IMG/VR virus record: IMGVR_UViG_3300027808_000009
Coordinates: 53,920 to 117,919 of that record
Origin: a virus
Length of the DNA: 64,000 bases
Reading direction: 5' to 3' (one strand)
Positions 58,689 to 64,000 of the stretch are shown here, piece after piece (positions within the stretch are counted from its first letter, which is position 1; the number at the start of each line of letters is the position of its first letter). Under the pieces are notes generated by a model that was not told the DNA's origin, did no database searches, and was given only the letters and a program-made list of their open reading frames with translations. Both the position numbers and the translations under genes were made by a program.

Positions 58689-59961
58689 TATTTGTTTTTG
58701 ATTCTACAATTACATTATCAAAGTCAATGATCTCTTTTGTAGATACATTAATTACTTCTTCAATTGTCTCTACCACTTCTTCAACAGTTTCTTCTACAGT
58801 TGCAACTACAGCTTCTTCTTCAAGAGATACTGTTTCTTCTACAACTTCTTCAATCTCAGGAGATTGTGGTATAAAATCACCATGTAATGAATACTCATAG
58901 TTTAAATTCAAAACAGCCAACATCTCTTCAGTCATTGTAATTGTTTTAATCTTAAAATACTTTGAGTCACCACCATCAATGATTTTGTCTCCTAGTTTCT
59001 TTAGTATTATGTCAACACTTTCTTTAGTCAACTTACTATGCTTTTTCAATCTCTCAATTATTTCATCTATATCTAAATGAAAATAATTGCTTCTGATATC
59101 CATTAATGCAAGTAAAGATTTAAAATTCACATGACTTTTACTCCTTGAGTCTTGTATTCTATTATAGTACTTATTAAATAACAAACTTAAATATAAAATA
59201 CTGTCTTCAAACTGTGAATTAGCCATGATCTCCATAGCTAATGTATGATTATCTCTATCTGAGCTATCAAACATCTCACATAGACTTTCATACATGTTCT
59301 CTTCAATAGCTAATGCATCACTACCATTTAAGTACTTTAGTAATTCAGATTCATCATATATTGGACCAGTAAAGTTAAGCATGTCTTTATATGAACTAAC
59401 ATACTCATCACTGATGTATTGCAATCTTTGAGATGAATAACTTACACCTTCAGTTAATCTAAAGGGAATATGAACATCTTCTAATACACTTTTAGTATTA
59501 TATTCAATAGCAATATATTCATTTTCATAGAACTCTAATGCAGTATTTACTTTATTTGCATAATAATCATCAATATAACCAGCATCAACTGCAGCTTGAA
59601 AAAACTCTTTAAACTTTTCAGTTTTTACATAATAATGCCAACGTGCTTCTGTATATTTTGCAGTAGTATTATCTGAAATAAATACTGCACTTGCATCTTC
59701 AATCTTTGTTGTAGCTTTTATTTTATAATCTTTTGTAAGATTTTTAAGCTTTACACGAGGTATATTTACACTTTTAGCAAAAAATAACTTATCACCTGTA
59801 GTTGGTTCATAACCTGTTGTTACAGGAAACAAGGTTTTTACACTGTTAAATGTAGCATATTGTAAATCAACTTCTGTATTAATATCAAGTAATGATAAAT
59901 CATGATTATCATAGTAATCTCTATTACTAATCTCTAGTTTTATAATTAATGTATTTTCCAT
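58669..59961 (-). CDS. hypothetical protein associated with the AAA/VWA module
   Basis: 430 aa; contains MFDSSDRDNHTLAMEI, paralogous to the 63492-63902 protein; acidic tail. Confidence 0.6.
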   Translation of the reverse strand: MENTLIIKLEISNRDYYDNHDLSLLDINTEVDLQYATFNSVKTLFPVTTGYEPTTGDKLFFAKSVNIPRVKLKNLTKDYKIKATTKIEDASAVFISDNTTAKYTEARWHYYVKTEKFKEFFQAAVDAGYIDDYYANKVNTALEFYENEYIAIEYNTKSVLEDVHIPFRLTEGVSYSSQRLQYISDEYVSSYKDMLNFTGPIYDESELLKYLNGSDALAIEENMYESLCEMFDSSDRDNHTLAMEIMANSQFEDSILYLSLLFNKYYNRIQDSRSKSHVNFKSLLALMDIRSNYFHLDIDEIIERLKKHSKLTKESVDIILKKLGDKIIDGGDSKYFKIKTITMTEEMLAVLNLNYEYSLHGDFIPQSPEIEEVVEETVSLEEEAVVATVEETVEEVVETIEEVINVSTKEIIDFDNVIVESKTNNDDYFL

Positions 59962-59967
59962 ATTTTT

Positions 59968-59995
59968 AAATTAAAAGCGGCTTTTACACCGCTTT
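59968..59995 (-). terminator. putative terminator after the AAA ATPase gene
   Basis: AAAGCGG-TGTAAAAG-CCGCTTT then TAATTT on the minus strand. Confidence 0.55.
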
Positions 59996-60005
59996 ATGTT
60001 AATAT

Positions 60006-61181
60006 CTATTTAACTGCCATTTTAATTACATTAGCATTCTGCATTAGTCTAGCAAACTTAGGTTTGTTACCTGCAAGAATCTCTTTTACCATGTAATATT
60101 TAAGGTCAGTTGTGAATGCCTCACAATCTGTAGACAATTTAACCAAACGGTTAATCATTGTATCACTTACTGAATGCTCAGATGCATGCTTCAATGAATA
60201 ATTAATGATTCTTGTAGTAATAATACTACTAATATCAGCTCTGAAATCATCTCCAGTACCTACAGCACCATTCAATGCTCCAACAACATATGCTTCACTA
60301 GGATTAGTCATAATATCTTTAGGAGAAATGATTTTATCCATCTTGTTATTAATAAACATAGTGAACATACTTGAGAAATCTGCACCTACAGAACCTTCAC
60401 CAATCATTTGGATTAATGGTAACTGCTCTTCAAACTTTTCAATAGAACTGATAGCATTGAAGAAAGTAGTAATAGCTCTTGGATTAACTCTTTGAGTTAC
60501 TACTTCTGGATTCATCAACATAAAGTTGATACATCTACCATCAATACCAACTTCTTCAGCCCACTTAGCCCATACATTGATATCAAACTTAACCTCAACT
60601 GAGATAAATCTAGTCTTTTGAGCAACATCTAATGCAGTTACATTATAGTCACCATTGTCTGGATTAGAAGTCAATACAATATGCCAGTTCTTAGGTAATT
60701 TCCAAGAAATATATTCTTGCTGATCAATTAATTCCATAGTAGCTTGCATGAATCTGTGATCCGCTCTAGTGTAATCATCTAAGATTAAGAATCCACCTTC
60801 ACCTTTACCTTGTATCCACTCTGGTGCAGCATGAGACATTCTACTGTTACTTGTTGGTCTATACTTATTCTTGATATAAGTTTCCATCAAGCTTTCTTGA
60901 ACCCATTTAATAACACCATCTTCTCTCTGCATCTCAAACTCTTTGAATGGAAAACCAATCAAATCACCTAATTCTTCTATCTGAGATAAATTTAACTTAA
61001 TAATATCCATACCCATCTCAGTTGCTAATTGCTTAACAGCTGAAGTCTTACCAAGACCAGCATCACCTTCTACATTTATTGCAACAGGTACTTTACCTTC
61101 ACTTTGGATATATTGGTTATTATTAACAATATGTTTTAAGAACCCTTTTAACTCATCTACATTTAATTGAACTTGACTCAT
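60006..61181 (-). CDS. MoxR-like AAA+ ATPase
   Basis: Walker A GDAGLGKTS, Walker B LILDDYTR, IVLTSNP, DVAQKTRF. Confidence 0.85.
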   Translation of the reverse strand: MSQVQLNVDELKGFLKHIVNNNQYIQSEGKVPVAINVEGDAGLGKTSAVKQLATEMGMDIIKLNLSQIEELGDLIGFPFKEFEMQREDGVIKWVQESLMETYIKNKYRPTSNSRMSHAAPEWIQGKGEGGFLILDDYTRADHRFMQATMELIDQQEYISWKLPKNWHIVLTSNPDNGDYNVTALDVAQKTRFISVEVKFDINVWAKWAEEVGIDGRCINFMLMNPEVVTQRVNPRAITTFFNAISSIEKFEEQLPLIQMIGEGSVGADFSSMFTMFINNKMDKIISPKDIMTNPSEAYVVGALNGAVGTGDDFRADISSIITTRIINYSLKHASEHSVSDTMINRLVKLSTDCEAFTTDLKYYMVKEILAGNKPKFARLMQNANVIKMAVK

Positions 61182-61193
61182 CTTTTTAATTTT

Positions 61194-62169
61194 TTAAATT
61201 TCTAACTTGATAACCTTTCCCGGAAGGCTGTTATTCATATGGGATTGCTCAGACAGCACCCATAAAACAGGAGCTTTTGGTTTAACATCAGTATAACATT
61301 CACCATCAGTGAAATATACCAAGCTAGTAAATTTTCTTATATTTTCATTATAATACTCAAGGACGGGATCAAATTCAGTCCCACCTCTACCATATATCTT
61401 AATCTCATTTTTACCTTTATAAGGTTCTATGCTCTTGATAGCAGTATCACATTGTACAATAGTAATATCTACTCCTTGCTTATAAATGTGATGTATCTCA
61501 TTCATGAACTCATGCAACTCTTTATCACATACAGAACCTGAAGTATCAATAGCCAACAACATATGTTGTTTCATTTTAATCTTTAGACCAGGATTATCAG
61601 AATATCTTCTATTCTCTTTTCTCCTTATCTTTTTAGTATACACTTTAGATGATACACCAGTAAATCTTCTGATATAACCTTTCCAATCAAACTTAGGGGC
61701 TGTGATTGCTTCCATTTCAAGTAGTCCCTCAATTTCTCCAGGAACATTACCTCTTTTCTTTTCAGTCATCTCTTTAGCATCATTGAGAATCTTATTCAAT
61801 TGCTTCTCAATTAGCTTCTGTTCAGCTTCAGTCATGTCTTCAAAGTCAGTCCAAGTTGGGTGATCAGAGTCCATACCTTCTCCAGAATCCATCTGATCAC
61901 ATACTTTGTCATAATTTTCATCACCACTTGTACCTTCTTCACCACCTTTGTCTTTCTTCTCTTTAGCTTGTTGTAGTTTCTCATAATAATATCTACAACC
62001 TGCTTTTCTATCTAAGTTTAAATCAGGATAATCATCAATATTAATACCACCTTCAGGTAAATAATCTGAGTTAATATACTGATTAATCTCCATATCCATA
62101 GCAACATTAGCAAGCTTTTTGTCACTAAATTTAAAATACATTGTCAAGTGACCAAATGCAATATGCAAG
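61194..62169 (-). CDS. exon 2 of DUF2201-type metallopeptidase-VWA protein
   Basis: (L)LHIAFGH, NVAMDMEINQ, and VWA MIDAS LAIDTSGS ... GRGGT ... YFTDG; completes HELLH when joined to exon 1. Confidence 0.85.
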
Positions 62170-63278
62170 CATTTTTGTTAACTCATGCTTTCACATGAGA
62201 TCAGACTATACCTTCATCCACTAGGGATGGTCTATTGTAGTCGTTGAACCTCTTTCTTGGTGTATATGTGTCTAAGTAATCAATAAAAACTTGTCTTTTT
62301 CTATTTAAACATAGTGTATGATTTTCATACATAAAGTTATATAAATTAAGTGTATCATGCAAAGAATGCTGTGTAATATAACACTCACTACTTTGCTTAA
62401 TAGTTTTATTTTTTACTGGTAATATTTTTAATAAGTCAATAATAAATTCTTTTGAGCCTGAACAAAAACCTGATTTTAGGATTTTCCAATCACTATTTTT
62501 TAAGTTTTTGTAAGCTCCAACTGTACCGTCACCGTCAAAATAACCTCTAATAAAATGATGAACTAATTCATCCTCTAGTATAGGTATTCTTATTGTTTTA
62601 GTTTTAGCTGGTGTACATCCTAAATTATTTAAATCATTATACATTTGAGCTGATGTTATTTGAGCTTTCCATATATATTTTTTAAATACTTTTTGATATT
62701 CACAATTAGGAGAATTATTTGATCCAACATCTAATAAAAATTGTTCTACCCAATCTTTATCTTTTGATGAAAAAATTATTTGTCCTGATTTACTTGCTTT
62801 TTTTGTAATATTACCATCAGCAAAGAGAACACCTAACCAATATGCTTTTTTTTCTGTATCTATTACATTAAAAAAGTCATCTTGACAAGTGTATTTCATT
62901 GATGATTCAGACAAAGTTCTTGATTTTATATTATTTCTTTTTAAAATTGCAAATACAGTTTTTACATTTACACGTAATATACTTGCAATCTTTTTACCTG
63001 ATAAATTATCAGTAACATAATAATCAATTACTTTTTGTTCTAATTCTATTTTCATATATGTAAGTATTTATGTTACAATATACCAAAAATAAACCATATA
63101 ACCAAGAAATTTGGCTGCGGATTTCCCATTTGGACATCTCTATCTTTTTTACTATACCTGAGTAATTAATTCAGCCACATACTACCTCACGGTGCATGCT
63201 TAGTAGATAGAGCTTTAGGGAGTCCCCGTCAATTTAAGACATTTTACACATACATTACTGCATGAGGAGCCCTAGTTG
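62170..63278 (-). ncRNA. group I self-splicing intron (about 1109 nt)
   Basis: 5' splice site after U in a GAGCU/GGCUC P1 with U-G pair; P AAUUGACGGGGA, Q AAUCCGCAGCC, R GUUCAACGACUA, S AAGGUAUAGUCU, P9 CUCAUG-UGAAAG-CAUGAG, terminal G at 62170; splicing restores the frame and HEXXH. Confidence 0.9.
62201..63055 (-). mobile_element. intron-encoded double-motif LAGLIDADG homing endonuclease with N-terminal HTH
   Basis: YWLGVLFADGNI and FIRGYFDGDGTV; 3' end of the ORF overlaps intron elements R and S. Confidence 0.9.
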
Positions 63279-63505
63279 AGCTCATGTTTCAGTAAACCAT
63301 GCCTATGATCATCACTTAATCCAGTCCAGAAATCCTCATTAATAGTAAGCTGATAATTGATATTATGCTTACTTACACCAGCAGTTGGAACTCTTTTATT
63401 ATCCCATACTTTATTCAACATAATTAAAAAGAACCCATAATAGGGCTCCTTCAACATTAAATCTTTACTGGTTTTTGCTAAACTGTCTTCTCTACTCTTT
63501 GCCAT
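63279..63505 (-). CDS. exon 1 of DUF2201-type metallopeptidase-VWA protein
   Basis: EPYYGFFL...VPTAGV...INEDFW..L...GLLKHEL; the unspliced ORF would stop 3 codons into the intron (TAG at 63272). Confidence 0.85.
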
Positions 63506-63902
63506 CCTTTAATGTTATTGAATAGTTTAATTTATCTACGGGATAACCCCAACTTTTCATGCTTTTCTTTAGTGTTTCAACATGTAATTGTAAAAACATA
63601 TCTACTACATCAGATTCAGCCTTTAAATCAATTAATGTTGTCAAAACATTATTAACTGTAGGTTTATATTCACTATAAATACCCATACCTCTTATAACAT
63701 CAATAACATTAGGTATATTTTCTTCCCAATAATTATTATCTTTATTACTTTCTGCATATAATAAAACTAACCATGCTTTAGATTTCTCAATATCACAGTT
63801 ATTTACTATCTCATTTGCAACCAACCAATTATCTTTATCAGTTGATGCATACATATCCATTACACTTCTTACACTTTCTTTTGTCAGTACTACCTTTTCC
63901 AT
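63492..63902 (-). CDS. hypothetical protein
   Basis: 136 aa; MYASTDKDNWLVANEI motif shared with the 430-aa protein. Confidence 0.7.
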   Translation of the reverse strand: MEKVVLTKESVRSVMDMYASTDKDNWLVANEIVNNCDIEKSKAWLVLLYAESNKDNNYWEENIPNVIDVIRGMGIYSEYKPTVNNVLTTLIDLKAESDVVDMFLQLHVETLKKSMKSWGYPVDKLNYSITLKDGKE

Positions 63903-64000
63903 CAGTCTTCTATTTTAAATAAGTTTATACCAAGTTTAAGATCTTTTATTAATTTTTCACTAAACGGTTTTTCAATACCAGGATGCATACTTTTATTATC
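63902..64000 (-). CDS. 3' end of an upstream gene (partial)
   Basis: Open frame from the window end to TGA overlapping the next ATG (TGATG). Confidence 0.55.
   Translation of the reverse strand, partial: DNKSMHPGIEKPFSEKLIKDLKLGINLFKIED

Noticed and set aside
61194-63505. Two independent genes, or a pseudogene disrupted by a free-standing endonuclease
   Set aside because: Intact group I core and exact frame/HEXXH restoration support a spliced single gene
1-64000. tRNA or rRNA genes
   Set aside because: No cloverleaf or rRNA-like stretch; intergenic spaces are short and explained by promoters and terminators

Overview
AT-rich segment of a large Bacteroidota-infecting, crAss-like (Crassvirales-related) bacteriophage in the standard genetic code. 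The + strand (1-52.6 kb) is the virion/late block. It runs: a cluster of small basic xxGG-motif proteins, ring/head-tail proteins, a Dps/ferritin-like protein, a probable auxiliary capsid protein, Cys-rich fibre proteins, a tandem Fib_succ_major protein, an HU/IHF-like protein, two more ring proteins, the 1766-aa muzzle (tail stabilisation) protein, and seven large cargo/ejection proteins. One of these is a 4116-aa virion RNA polymerase (zincin HEAWH, RIP and DFDVD motifs). The - strand (52.6-64 kb) converges on it and carries MazG-like, DUF932-like, family B DNA polymerase, PD-(D/E)XK nuclease, MoxR-like AAA ATPase and DUF2201-type metallopeptidase/VWA genes. The last of these is split inside its HEXXH motif by a group I intron encoding a LAGLIDADG endonuclease. 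Three observations stand out. (1) The virion RNAP, and the giant protein upstream of it, carry arrays of accessory domains (DUF4326-like, permuted SLOG, AlkB-like) bracketed by repeated linkers that are also DNA repeats. (2) About 10,700 aa of cargo protein appears Cys-free except four cysteines at the facing termini of the three giant proteins. (3) A shared aromatic/Met-x-x-G-G motif links the basic core proteins and the cargo proteins. Family assignments are from motif recognition by eye, not database searches.
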